Positions 19,249 through 28,050 of a stretch of DNA of 64,000 nucleotides are shown one piece after another. The stretch is from positions 448,001-512,000 of the forward strand of contig JBJMOW010000005.1 of the NCBI GenBank assembly GCA_045803545.1, read 5' to 3'. Position numbers and translations under genes: made by a program. Origin of the DNA: Gemmatimonadaceae bacterium. GTDB lineage: Bacteria; Gemmatimonadota; Gemmatimonadetes; Gemmatimonadales; Gemmatimonadaceae. Under the pieces are notes generated by a model, which was given only the letters and a program-made list of their open reading frames with translations, had not been told where the DNA came from and did no database searches. Position 1 is the first letter of the stretch. Each line of letters starts with the position of its first letter.

Positions 19249-20133
19249 TTAGGGCGCCACTACGATGACTTGGCTGTCGGTCTCAGTCCCAGTAGTAATG
19301 GTCAGGCCACCCGCGAGTAAAGCGGGCTTGAACCCCGACGCGGCGGGGGGCGTGGCTCTTAACACGTACGCACCCGGAAGTAGGAACGCGATACGAAAAT
19401 CGCCGTTGGCGTCGGTCGTAGTGCTGCGAACAATGTGCGTTGGGTCGGTATCGTTGAGCGACGCGCCGGCGGTTAGAACTTCGACCGTTGTCGCCGGTAC
19501 TACAGCGCCAGTCGGGCTGTTCGCCCGTACGGAGCCGCTCACGCTCCCGGTGATATCCTGTGCAACCGCGTGAATTACTGGCCTGAAGTTGAACCCGTTC
19601 TTCGCATTGTTTCCCCGCATCACGAAGCTTCGGCCGATATCGAAGTCGAGCGTCGTCACCGAGCCATTCTCGGTGAGATTAATCGGCTCATCGAGAATCA
19701 CTTTGATTCCGCTATGCCCTGCGCTCGGGAAGAAGACCTGCGGCTTCGTCCCATCCTTCAGTGTGAGACTCGATTTGTCTGTGTCGAGAATGAGCCGAAA
19801 GCTTTGGTAAGTTCCCGTCGGCAATGTGGCCGCGCCGAGGTTCACCGTTTTGCCGCTTCCCAGGTCGAGGAGGTCGATCAGTGCATTCGGCGTGGCGACC
19901 GTTGTCCATCCCTGACTTGATTCGTCGGTCGCGTCCTCGTCGGTCGAAGGAGCGCGCTTCGCATCAACGCGGACAACGTAGACATCTACGTTTGCGACGT
20001 CAGAGAATGGGAAAGGAGCGTCGGTGAGACGGACAGTCAAAAGACCTGTCCCTGTCCCAGCGGAGTCTGAGCAGCCTGCTGCGCCAAGCGCGCCAAGCGC
20101 GCAAGCTCCGAGAAGCCGGAAAGTTTTATTCAT
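19249..20133 (-). CDS. Lipoprotein with a DUF4382-like domain and a C-terminal carboxypeptidase-regulatory-like beta-sandwich
   Basis: Lipobox AAGC; VRLTDAP, IDLLDL, G.Y..FRL and LDFD..RSF motifs. Confidence 0.78.
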   Translation of the reverse strand: MNKTFRLLGACALGALGAAGCSDSAGTGTGLLTVRLTDAPFPFSDVANVDVYVVRVDAKRAPSTDEDATDESSQGWTTVATPNALIDLLDLGSGKTVNLGAATLPTGTYQSFRLILDTDKSSLTLKDGTKPQVFFPSAGHSGIKVILDEPINLTENGSVTTLDFDIGRSFVMRGNNAKNGFNFRPVIHAVAQDITGSVSGSVRANSPTGAVVPATTVEVLTAGASLNDTDPTHIVRSTTTDANGDFRIAFLLPGAYVLRATPPAASGFKPALLAGGLTITTGTETDSQVIVVAP

Positions 20134-20203
20134 CGTTCATGCCCCTGCATTCGTTTTGTCGGAAATGATTTCGGTTCCGCGCTTCGCGCGACCTTTATTC
20201 GCA

Positions 20204-20232
20204 TGACTCGACGAGTAGCGCGGAGAGTCACA
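20204..20232 (-). promoter_or_regulatory. Putative ECF promoter: TGTGACTC-N14-CGAGTCA
   Basis: Lies between a terminator and the lipoprotein start; both boxes identical to the 21103 site. Confidence 0.8.
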
Positions 20233-20261
20233 GCTCGTCCACAAAACGGTTGCTCTGGTGG

Positions 20262-20292
20262 AAAAGAAAAAGGGACAGCCTGCGCTGTCCCT
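20262..20292 (-). terminator. Intrinsic terminator
   Basis: AGGGACAGC/GCTGTCCCT stem followed by TTTTCTTTT on the minus strand. Confidence 0.85.
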
Positions 20293-20297
20293 CTATC

Positions 20298-21023
20298 TCA
20301 CTTGTCAGTCTTCGGTGGTCGGTGACCCTGCCCGGGATTCGTCTTCTTTCCACCGTTCCCGGGCACGCCAGCTGGCGGCCCCGCCGTTGCAGGGCGACCG
20401 CTAACTCCCCTTCCCTGGTTACCCCGACCATTGCCATTCCCGTGATCGCGCCCGGCCGCAGCCTGCGCTGGCAGATCACTAGGCAACGTTTCCAGATCGG
20501 CGTCCGACGCCCTTTGCTGGAGCCTCGACATCACTCTCTGGAATGCTTCGCTTGCCGACACGCCGCGATCGGTGAGACTGCCAATCACGAACAAAGGCAC
20601 CGCGAGTGAGCGTCCGCTCGGAGCCGAGCGAGCGAGCGAGGAAACGGCCGCACCGTCAACTCCTTTGCGCATGACTTCAGCGGCTGCTTCGATCTCGTCA
20701 GCTTCTGGCGTCGAGCCTCTACCTGCAACCAGTGCAGTACGCGCCACCTCCATTCTCTCTACCTGATCGCTCACCGAACGCTCGATGTCCGCGGGTGCAA
20801 CGCCCTTGGCGGCGAACTTGAGAGCACGGTTCTCGAGCGCTTCCGCTGGGAGCTGGCGCGCACGCGCGTCGGCTATTCGCGCGAGTATGCGCGCGGCGAC
20901 GTCCGAGGGCAACACTTCGCGCAGGCGCGTCGAAGGATCCTTCGACGGGGTCTGCGCTTGCGCCACTGACGCAGCGAAAAGCCAGCTGAGAATGAAGAGC
21001 GCCGTAAGGCGCGATGTGGACAT
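20298..21023 (-). CDS. Exported helical hypothetical protein with a Gly/Asn/Pro-rich tail
   Basis: Signal peptide ending AQA; RBS-like GGGAG before ATG 21023; start uncertain. Confidence 0.7.
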   Translation of the reverse strand: MSTSRLTALFILSWLFAASVAQAQTPSKDPSTRLREVLPSDVAARILARIADARARQLPAEALENRALKFAAKGVAPADIERSVSDQVERMEVARTALVAGRGSTPEADEIEAAAEVMRKGVDGAAVSSLARSAPSGRSLAVPLFVIGSLTDRGVSASEAFQRVMSRLQQRASDADLETLPSDLPAQAAAGRDHGNGNGRGNQGRGVSGRPATAGPPAGVPGNGGKKTNPGQGHRPPKTDK

Positions 21024-21102
21024 TGAGTACATCTCCCGAAGGAGAGATTTGCCGTTCATTATTTGCATTCTACGGTCTAATTCGTACCAGTTACGCCAAT
21101 AT

Positions 21103-21131
21103 TGACTCGTCAAGCGCCCGGCTGAGTCACA
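21103..21131 (-). promoter_or_regulatory. Putative ECF promoter: TGTGACTC-N14-CGAGTCA
   Basis: Intergenic; both boxes identical to the 20204 site. Confidence 0.8.
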
Positions 21132-21138
21132 TTCTGAC

Positions 21139-22272
21139 TCATTCGACCACCAGTAGACCCACTGAGCCCCCGAACTCGTCAAGCATTGAGAGCAGTCCGG
21201 GAGGAGCAGTCCACTTCCCACCGTTCATCCTCAGATCGATCTGGTACTTGCCCGGACGGAGAGCGCGACTCGCTATCCACCAACCGTTACCCGCAGGTGC
21301 CATTTGCAGTGGATCCCAATCAGTGAAATCACCCGCGACTTCAACGTTCTTTGCCAGGGGTGCCAGTACTTTGAACGTCACCACACCGCTGCGATTCTCG
21401 GTTTCGAAGGCGACAACTTTTGCCTCGAGGACCTCTGCGCTGTCGCTATTCGCTTGCCTGGTAAGCCTCGGCGGATGTGCCAGCCGAACGCCGAGTGAAA
21501 TAAAACGCCCGCCTGGAAATCCCTGCGTCGGATCGATCGGGTAGGTCCCTCCGCTCAGCACCACCGCCGCTCTCGAGGTCAACCACGAGGTAATGCTTGC
21601 ATTCCCCCAGATTCGAGTTGTGCCACCGAGCGCAGTCAACTGGTCGCCGACGCGCCCGCCAACAAGAGCGCTGAAATCAACCTTCTTGCGTTCCCCGGAG
21701 AGAAGAAGCTGCGCGTCAGCGTATCGCACTGAGTCGCCCATCGCTACGGGCGTAATGGTAAGAGTGGCAGTTGCCCGCTGAATGTTGCGCGACACTCCGG
21801 CCTCGCCCAACAGCACGTCTCTCGCCTGGCTGCCAAAAGTTGTTCGTCCGATGCCCGCGCCGATGAACCATTCAACCAGTCGATGCTCGGCGTGGAGTCT
21901 GGCGTTCAACAGCAATTCACCGGTACGTGAGCCATCGCGATGCGTGCTACCGCCGGCAAAACCGGCGAGCTCGCCGCCGAAGCGACTGACGGGCACGAAC
22001 ACTGACCCGCTAGCATGTCCCTGCAGGCTCCAGTCGCTTCCAAATTGAGAATAGGTAGTGCCTGCCTCCGCGATCTTGTTGCCCCAATCCGCGAATAACT
22101 GCGGACTAACGCTCGCGGCGACGCCGTTCAATGTATCGGCGTATTGGATTGCTACGCCTCCCAGATCGATGCTGCTCTCGATCCGCTGCGCGCCAGCCAC
22201 CTGCGCGCAAACGCAGACTCCGGAAAGGGCCGGCAGGAGTATTCGTAGCGAACCAGGCCGTAGGATTTTCAA
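21139..22272 (-). CDS. Exported, probably outer-membrane beta-barrel protein with a C-terminal glycogen-binding (CBM48/AMPK1_CBM-like) domain
   Basis: Signal peptide, alternating beta-strand pattern, C-terminal VEVAGDFTDW...LRPGKY...GGKW..DEFGG. Confidence 0.75.
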   Translation of the reverse strand: MKILRPGSLRILLPALSGVCVCAQVAGAQRIESSIDLGGVAIQYADTLNGVAASVSPQLFADWGNKIAEAGTTYSQFGSDWSLQGHASGSVFVPVSRFGGELAGFAGGSTHRDGSRTGELLLNARLHAEHRLVEWFIGAGIGRTTFGSQARDVLLGEAGVSRNIQRATATLTITPVAMGDSVRYADAQLLLSGERKKVDFSALVGGRVGDQLTALGGTTRIWGNASITSWLTSRAAVVLSGGTYPIDPTQGFPGGRFISLGVRLAHPPRLTRQANSDSAEVLEAKVVAFETENRSGVVTFKVLAPLAKNVEVAGDFTDWDPLQMAPAGNGWWIASRALRPGKYQIDLRMNGGKWTAPPGLLSMLDEFGGSVGLLVVE

Positions 22273-22309
22273 GGAACATAAATATCAGTTCCCTGAGAGT
22301 GCGTAGCTA

Positions 22310-22927
22310 CTAAGTCGTTGATTTTGCGTCAGACCCGACGCGAATTACCGAGCTCTCGGTGCCAAAGTCGTCGGAGCTCTTTACCGCGAGTGGGTCGATT
22401 ACCCAGCGCTTGCCGTCGACGATAAAAGCGTACTCATGACGACCCGGCGTAAGCGCGACCGAAACAGCCCAAACTCCCGGGGCACCAGACGGAGCAAGGT
22501 GCGTAGCACCCTTGGTCCACTCGTTGAAGTCCCCAACGAGCTGAACGCTCGATGCCTGACGGTCGACCAGAACGAAGCGAACCAGCTGCACGGTGTCGGT
22601 GGCCGGAACGGCGGCCGTACGCTCGGCGGGAGCTCGATTGCTTGACAGTCGCGCGCCGACTGCGATACCCGAAGCGGCCACGACGATCAATGCACTGGCG
22701 GCAATCGCGACTGCCGTGAGCGGTGTGATGTTGAATGCACGGCCTGTACGCCACCACGAGGCGTGCGTCAGCGCTGGATACAATGCAGGCCCTTCGACGT
22801 GCACGTTCTCCATGACGCGACGCTCGAACGACGGGTGCGCGCGCTCGACCGCGCGCAACGACACTGCTACGCGCTCGAGAAAAGCAGTGTCATCCATTTC
22901 GCTTCGACTGTCGTGGCGCTCAACCAT
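22310..22927 (-). CDS. Putative anti-sigma factor: one TM plus an extracytoplasmic glycogen-binding (CBM48/early-set) domain
   Basis: Overlaps the ECF stop; one TM; VQLVGDFNEW...LTPGRHEYAFIVDGKRWVIDP. Confidence 0.78.
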   Translation of the reverse strand: MVERHDSRSEMDDTAFLERVAVSLRAVERAHPSFERRVMENVHVEGPALYPALTHASWWRTGRAFNITPLTAVAIAASALIVVAASGIAVGARLSSNRAPAERTAAVPATDTVQLVRFVLVDRQASSVQLVGDFNEWTKGATHLAPSGAPGVWAVSVALTPGRHEYAFIVDGKRWVIDPLAVKSSDDFGTESSVIRVGSDAKSTT

Positions 22928-23471
22928 TGTAGACTCCTTCCAACAAATCTCTCAGCGAATCTGCCGCACGCTTTACTCTCATCTTCAGGGCAGAAACGCT
23001 CGCTCCGGTCATCTCCGCAATTTCTTCGTACGTCAGCTCTTCGACGTGCTTGAGCAAGAAAGCTTCTCGCTGATCCATCGGCAGCATGCCAAGCGCGCGC
23101 TCTATGTGTCCGCCAAAATCACGATCGGCGGATTCGTCGGAGCCTGGTGCGATGGCCCGCTCGATCTCGAGCGTTGCCGAGACGAATCGCTGTTCACGAC
23201 GGTTTCGTCGAGAGGCGAATGTCCTGCACTCATTGACAACAATTTGATAGAGCCATCCACCAAAACGATCGCGATCACGGCAACTCCGCAGGTTACGAAA
23301 CGCGCGCATGAACGCCGACTGAAGGACGTCGTCCGCATCCACGCGTGAACCCAGCATGCGGACGGCGTACCGGACGCAGGTATCCTGATGGCGACGCACC
23401 AATAGCGAGAACGAATCGATGTTGCCCGCTATGACGGCTGCGATCAGGTCAGCGTCCGATGCCCCTGTCAC
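22920..23471 (-). CDS. ECF RNA polymerase sigma factor
   Basis: Region 2 (DADDVLQSAF, WLYQIVVNEC) and region 4 (LTYEEIAE..G.S...LKMRV.RA); GTG at 23471 favoured by the promoter position (ORF track start 23582). Confidence 0.92.
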   Translation of the reverse strand: MTGASDADLIAAVIAGNIDSFSLLVRRHQDTCVRYAVRMLGSRVDADDVLQSAFMRAFRNLRSCRDRDRFGGWLYQIVVNECRTFASRRNRREQRFVSATLEIERAIAPGSDESADRDFGGHIERALGMLPMDQREAFLLKHVEELTYEEIAEMTGASVSALKMRVKRAADSLRDLLEGVYNG

Positions 23472-23478
23472 GAGTGAA

Positions 23479-23507
23479 TGACTGCCGATTGGGCGCAAAT
23501 CGTCACA
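23479..23507 (-). promoter_or_regulatory. Putative autoregulatory ECF promoter TGTGACGA-N14-GCAGTCA, probably giving a leaderless mRNA
   Basis: Same motif as the other three sites; ends 7 nt before the GTG. Confidence 0.75.
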
Positions 23508-23598
23508 CAGCGGGATATCGAGCTGGCTAGACGCCTCGGAATCTTCCGACCCCAGGGGCCGGACGCGGGAAGGCTGCAACATCGCGGACGTATTCGAC

Positions 23599-24018
23599 TT
23601 AGCGAATGAAGCCGCGATCGGTTCTGACCTTGGCTGCCTGCTCTTTCTGCTTTTTGGCCAGCAGCGCCATTGCCGCTGAATCCGTGCGTGGCTTGACCAC
23701 TACTCCGCCAGAGGTGTCTTCGTTGCTGACGACGGTGTCTTTGCATTTGCGCTGGTCGAACACCGAGCGGGTCTCACAACCCGAGCGAAGCAGCTTCGAC
23801 GATTCAACGCCCGTCGTTTTCGCAGGCACGCATTTGCCGCGCGCTGCGTCAGCCGCAACGCACACGGTCTCCGCGCGCCCTTCCGGACGACGGGAGACCG
23901 AGTACATCAACGCGGCAAGCGATGACACTGCTACCGCGAGGAGCAGTAGCGCCAGCAGCAGCTCGCCAAACACGAAGCCAGGACGGCTCCGTGTGGCGAG
24001 TGCGCTTTCTGATTTCAT
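23599..24018 (-). CDS. Small pilin-like protein with four Cys (cluster 2)
   Basis: RPG|FVFGELL followed by a hydrophobic helix; coupled to the upstream stop. Confidence 0.6.
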   Translation of the reverse strand: MKSESALATRSRPGFVFGELLLALLLLAVAVSSLAALMYSVSRRPEGRAETVCVAADAARGKCVPAKTTGVESSKLLRSGCETRSVFDQRKCKDTVVSNEDTSGGVVVKPRTDSAAMALLAKKQKEQAAKVRTDRGFIR

Positions 24019-25103
24019 TAGTACTCCACCCAGTTGTCGACCCAGGTATTGCGCAGGGTGACAAGGGCACCAGCAGGCTTGTTAGCCTTCGCAACTTCGC
24101 ATGAATTGAAGTTGTAGCTCTTCGTACCGTTGGCAGTTGCCGGCGGTACAACCATACCGAGCTTGACGTTCAAGCCGCTGACCGTCGCGCCCGTGATACC
24201 GTTATTACCGTTCGACGTGATGTTACCGCCGACTAGCAGTACCCCTTTCCAGCCCACGCTTCCGTTCAGCGTCAGACTGCCTGTCACGATGAGCATTCCC
24301 TGACCGGAGACGGGGAGCGCAAAGTCTCCGTTCACACGAATGATCGGGTAGTACGAGGTGTCTGCAAACATTGCGGCGGTCGGGAAAGACCCACCCGGTA
24401 TCGTGATCGATGGGGTGATCGAGTTCTGATTCACGATTGAATTCCAATCGATGTGTACAGAATCGGATGTAACGGTATCGATCGGCGGATCTCCGACCGC
24501 GACACCCGTCTTGCCCGTGTATCCAGGATTGACAGGAACTACGACACCCGCAACCGTGTCCTCCTGACCGCAGAGATCGATTCCGCCAATGGTGCCGGCC
24601 GCGCCATTCTTCTGAATTCCAGAGAGCGCTGTCCAGCCGGCGAGCACCTGCATCGGGATTGGCTCCCAAAGCACGTACTGCGCAACCGTTCGCACCGCCT
24701 GGGGAGAACCGTTATAGGCATTGGTCGTTTCTAAACCTTTCGAACGCACCACGTACAGACCAGACTGGTTGTTAATCGGCGGACGAATCATCGTCAAAGA
24801 AACGTTTGCGATCCCACCGGGCACACTGATGGAAGCGCTGTCCTTGGCGGCTGGGACGTGCCCGCACGGCGTAGGATTGCACCGCAGGGTGCCCGCTGTG
24901 ATCAGCGAGTCTCTGGCAATGAGGTAAAGCTCGAGCCCCTGCTCGGCGATGCGGAAGGCGGAGACCTGGGATTTCTGGTCATCCACCGATCGACGCTCCG
25001 CGCTCACGATCGAGAAGCCACCAGCAACCATGATTGTCAGAACCATGATCACCAGTACGGCGGTCGGAATCGCAAATCCGCGGCGATTGTTGTTGGTCAG
25101 CAT
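24018..25103 (-). CDS. PilX-like large minor pilin (cluster 2)
   Basis: RRG|FAIPT without Glu5; AFRIAEQGL motif; G.LIVTG beta-helix-like tail. Confidence 0.8.
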   Translation of the reverse strand: MLTNNNRRGFAIPTAVLVIMVLTIMVAGGFSIVSAERRSVDDQKSQVSAFRIAEQGLELYLIARDSLITAGTLRCNPTPCGHVPAAKDSASISVPGGIANVSLTMIRPPINNQSGLYVVRSKGLETTNAYNGSPQAVRTVAQYVLWEPIPMQVLAGWTALSGIQKNGAAGTIGGIDLCGQEDTVAGVVVPVNPGYTGKTGVAVGDPPIDTVTSDSVHIDWNSIVNQNSITPSITIPGGSFPTAAMFADTSYYPIIRVNGDFALPVSGQGMLIVTGSLTLNGSVGWKGVLLVGGNITSNGNNGITGATVSGLNVKLGMVVPPATANGTKSYNFNSCEVAKANKPAGALVTLRNTWVDNWVEY

Positions 25104-25121
25104 ATCGATGAAGCCTCTCGG

Positions 25122-25985
25122 CTAGTTAGTGCGGTTCTTGAAGAACACCGCGGTTGTGAATGGAGCACTTTCAGAAGCGGACTGTCCCGGAGCAGCGTAT
25201 TCGCTCAGCCCATCGAGATGCAGCTCGAGCCCGCGAGTGTCCGCCAGATTTGCGGGCGGATTATCCTGCGCAGTCGCGCCACCTTGCAGGGTGAAGAAGC
25301 GCCACTTCGCCGTATTGGCGAAGGGGGCAACAAGCTCCTCGGTCGAATTTCCGTTCGGTCGAACGACGGTTCGCCACAAGCCGATCTTGCCTGGCACTGC
25401 AACTGATGCCTTCAGCTCATACTTGACTCTCTCATAGAGAAAAACCGGCGTCCCGAGACCCGCGTTGACTGGAAGTGTCGGCTGAACTCCGACGACCTTT
25501 CCGCCTGGTACGGATGTGATGCGGACGCCCGCGCATATGGCTGGATCGCCATTCTGTTGCTGAGTGCCACCGGCTTCGACGTAGGTGTATGCGCCAGTGG
25601 TGGCGCTGCGCCAGGCGTAGCCGTAGAACGACGAATTCGCATAGGTCGTCGAATCGACCGGCAACAGCGTTATATGCGTCAGCCCGCTGTTGTCAGCGCA
25701 TTCGACACCAATCGCGTAAGGAATACGAAGGTCGAGTGTTGTCGACGTCGCGGCGATGATCGCACCGGTAGCTTCGATCATTCGGAAATCGGATACGACG
25801 CGGTTTAGCGACGCGCGAGAAACGTTGCGCGCTGCGTTTGCCATACCCTGCCGGTCGAAGAAGCGACCCTGGACCGTCAACAATTTCGTTAGAGCTGCAC
25901 CGACGATCGCAAACAGAACGACGCCGACCAGCAGCTCGATCAGAGTGAAGCCGCGACGTGCGCGGCGAGCGATGTCTTTTCTCAT
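25122..25985 (-). CDS. PilW-like minor pilin (cluster 2)
   Basis: RRG|FTLIELL; ATGA overlap at 25982-25985. Confidence 0.82.
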   Translation of the reverse strand: MRKDIARRARRGFTLIELLVGVVLFAIVGAALTKLLTVQGRFFDRQGMANAARNVSRASLNRVVSDFRMIEATGAIIAATSTTLDLRIPYAIGVECADNSGLTHITLLPVDSTTYANSSFYGYAWRSATTGAYTYVEAGGTQQQNGDPAICAGVRITSVPGGKVVGVQPTLPVNAGLGTPVFLYERVKYELKASVAVPGKIGLWRTVVRPNGNSTEELVAPFANTAKWRFFTLQGGATAQDNPPANLADTRGLELHLDGLSEYAAPGQSASESAPFTTAVFFKNRTN

Positions 25986-26434
25986 TGGCATACGGTGCAA
26001 AGCACCTTTGAAGTCCTGGCCTTGGTACGGGTGAAGCTCACCGTATCAGGCTTGAACCTGGCGTTGCTCGGAGTCAGAACGACCACGATCGTTTTCACTC
26101 TTTGCGCGATCGGCTCGCCGACGATGATCTTGCGAGTGTGCGCGTAGCTGCCGCCGGTCACGGTATATGTCGAAGTCCCGACCGCAATCGAGTCATAAGG
26201 AAGGCCCTCGAGTCGGTTCACCTCGAACATCAGCATGCCGTTCCTATAGGCGTTACCAGTGTTCTTGAGACCGCTCTGGGAGATCGAATACACGAGTCCC
26301 GCGAGCGAGGAAACCGCAACGCCGAGCAGCACCATTGCGACGATGACCTCGACGAGCGCGATACCCTTTCGATTGCCGTTATGCTTCACGGCCTTCTCGG
26401 GTATCCGATGAAACCTGCGGAGAGAGATTCGCAT
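25982..26434 (-). CDS. PilV-like minor pilin (cluster 2)
   Basis: RKG|IALVEVI; start uncertain. Confidence 0.78.
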   Translation of the reverse strand: MRISLRRFHRIPEKAVKHNGNRKGIALVEVIVAMVLLGVAVSSLAGLVYSISQSGLKNTGNAYRNGMLMFEVNRLEGLPYDSIAVGTSTYTVTGGSYAHTRKIIVGEPIAQRVKTIVVVLTPSNARFKPDTVSFTRTKARTSKVLCTVCQ

Positions 26435-26892
26435 TAGTGTGACACCCTGATAAAGCCAGCAGTGCTGGCAGTGATTTGCTTCGAATAATCACCGTTGGCG
26501 AGACTGATCGTGATAGGCGCGGACGAAATGCCGCTCGGAAATACGTCGAGCGTCGTCGGGTTAAAAACCAGGCTCGACAAACGATATTCCGATGTGTCGC
26601 CATAGAACGTACGGATTCTGAGTACCGATCCTGTCTTGCGGTCGATGAACTGATAGCTGCGAGTATTTGCGTCGGCCTGAATGCGAACTGGCTCACGCTG
26701 ACGCGCCGCGACAGCGAAAGCGTTCTGCAGATCGGCCGTGATCACCATCGCGGCACGGTTAACTCGCTGATGTCGGACAATGCGCGAAACCGCGGGTCCC
26801 GCCATGCCAGCCAGAATGCCGAGAATGACGATGACGACGAGCAGTTCCATTACGGTAAAGCCGACGACAATAGCTTTGTGATTTTTGGCCAT
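26434..26892 (-). CDS. FimT/GspH-like minor pilin (cluster 2)
   Basis: G|FTVMELLVV; ADLQNAFAVA helix; F.PSG motif. Confidence 0.82.
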   Translation of the reverse strand: MAKNHKAIVVGFTVMELLVVIVILGILAGMAGPAVSRIVRHQRVNRAAMVITADLQNAFAVAARQREPVRIQADANTRSYQFIDRKTGSVLRIRTFYGDTSEYRLSSLVFNPTTLDVFPSGISSAPITISLANGDYSKQITASTAGFIRVSH

Positions 26893-27064
26893 GATCACAC
26901 GCCTTTTTGACCAACGAGGATTAGGAGCGGAAGCAGGGATGCTTCAGCTCTTTTAGTGAAGACGAAATTCATTTAGGGATGGACGAGTACCACATATGCC
27001 AGCAACCCGAATGACTGGCGAATTTGGAGTTAAGCGCGCTTAAGCGCATTTAACCCACCTGTTT

Positions 27065-27544
27065 CTAGCTCAGCAGTTCCATTGCGGTGAAGATCTCTTC
27101 GTTCTCGCGCCGCTGACTGTTATTGGACTCTACGTGCGACCATCTAAGGCGGCCGTCACGGTCGATCAGGAAGTACGCCCGGTTGGAATAAAAACGGTCC
27201 TCGTTGAGAACCCCGTAGGCCCGCGAAATGTCCCGTTTGAAGTCACTGAGCAACTCGGTTTTCATCTGCAGTTTGTTCTTGAACTCGCGCAGGGATGGAA
27301 CCGCGTCGACCGATACTGGCAGTATCTCCACTCCCCGCCCGGTGAATCGATCGAAGTCCTCCGTAAAACAAGCGAGCTCCTTGGTACAGGTGCCGGTGAA
27401 CGCGAGAGGAAAGAATGCGAGGAGAACATTGCTCTTACCGCGAAAATCTGAAAGCGAGATGTCTTTTCCTGACGTTGAGGCAGCGGTGAACTCGGGAGCG
27501 AGGTCTCCGACCTGCGGCGAATTTTGCAGTTGAGCAACGGTCAT
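27065..27544 (-). CDS. Peroxiredoxin (AhpC/TSA, AhpE-like)
   Basis: VGDLAPEF and [10 protein letters not shown] peroxidatic motif; RAYFLID. Confidence 0.9.
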   Translation of the reverse strand: MTVAQLQNSPQVGDLAPEFTAASTSGKDISLSDFRGKSNVLLAFFPLAFTGTCTKELACFTEDFDRFTGRGVEILPVSVDAVPSLREFKNKLQMKTELLSDFKRDISRAYGVLNEDRFYSNRAYFLIDRDGRLRWSHVESNNSQRRENEEIFTAMELLS

Positions 27545-27573
27545 GACAGAACGAGGAATTGCAGAGGGTGGAA

Positions 27574-28050
27574 ATGGAATCTGAGTTGACGGCTGACGCT
27601 AACGCAGCCATTCAGAAGCTCACGGTGCGCTGCTTGTTTTGCAATACTTGGAATCGCATCGACGCGGGCAAGGTGATCGATGGTCCAAAGTGCGGAAAGT
27701 GCGCGAAGCCGATTCTACTAGAGCGGCCCCTACAGCTGAATGACGAAACATTCTCACGCACCATTGCTGAAAGTGATATCCCGGTTGCGGTCGACTTTTA
27801 CGCCGATTGGTGCGGCCCGTGTCGAATGATGGCGCCTGCGGTCGACGCGCTAGCGGCGCATCTCCAGGGAAAGGCGCTGATCACCAAGCTCAATACCGAC
27901 CATTCCGCGCGCACCGCGGGAAGCTTCAATATCCGCGGCATCCCGACCACTATAGTATTCCGGGCCGGCAAGGAAGTGGCGCGACAATCGGGCGCCATGC
28001 CACTCGAGGGATTAAAACAGCTTATGGCGCGAGCCGGGGTCGCCGTTTAG
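27574..28050 (+). CDS. trxC: Thioredoxin 2 (zinc-binding)
   Basis: Two N-terminal CxxC pairs plus WCGPC. Confidence 0.92.
   Translation: MESELTADANAAIQKLTVRCLFCNTWNRIDAGKVIDGPKCGKCAKPILLERPLQLNDETFSRTIAESDIPVAVDFYADWCGPCRMMAPAVDALAAHLQGKALITKLNTDHSARTAGSFNIRGIPTTIVFRAGKEVARQSGAMPLEGLKQLMARAGVAV

Noticed and set aside
23472..23582. 37-residue N-terminal extension of the ECF sigma in the ORF track
   Set aside because: It contains the putative autoregulatory promoter, and sigma-like sequence begins at the GTG at 23471.
27012..27040. Fifth copy of the ECF promoter upstream of pilin cluster 2
   Set aside because: A -10-like CCAGTCA is present but there is no TGTGAC at the required distance.
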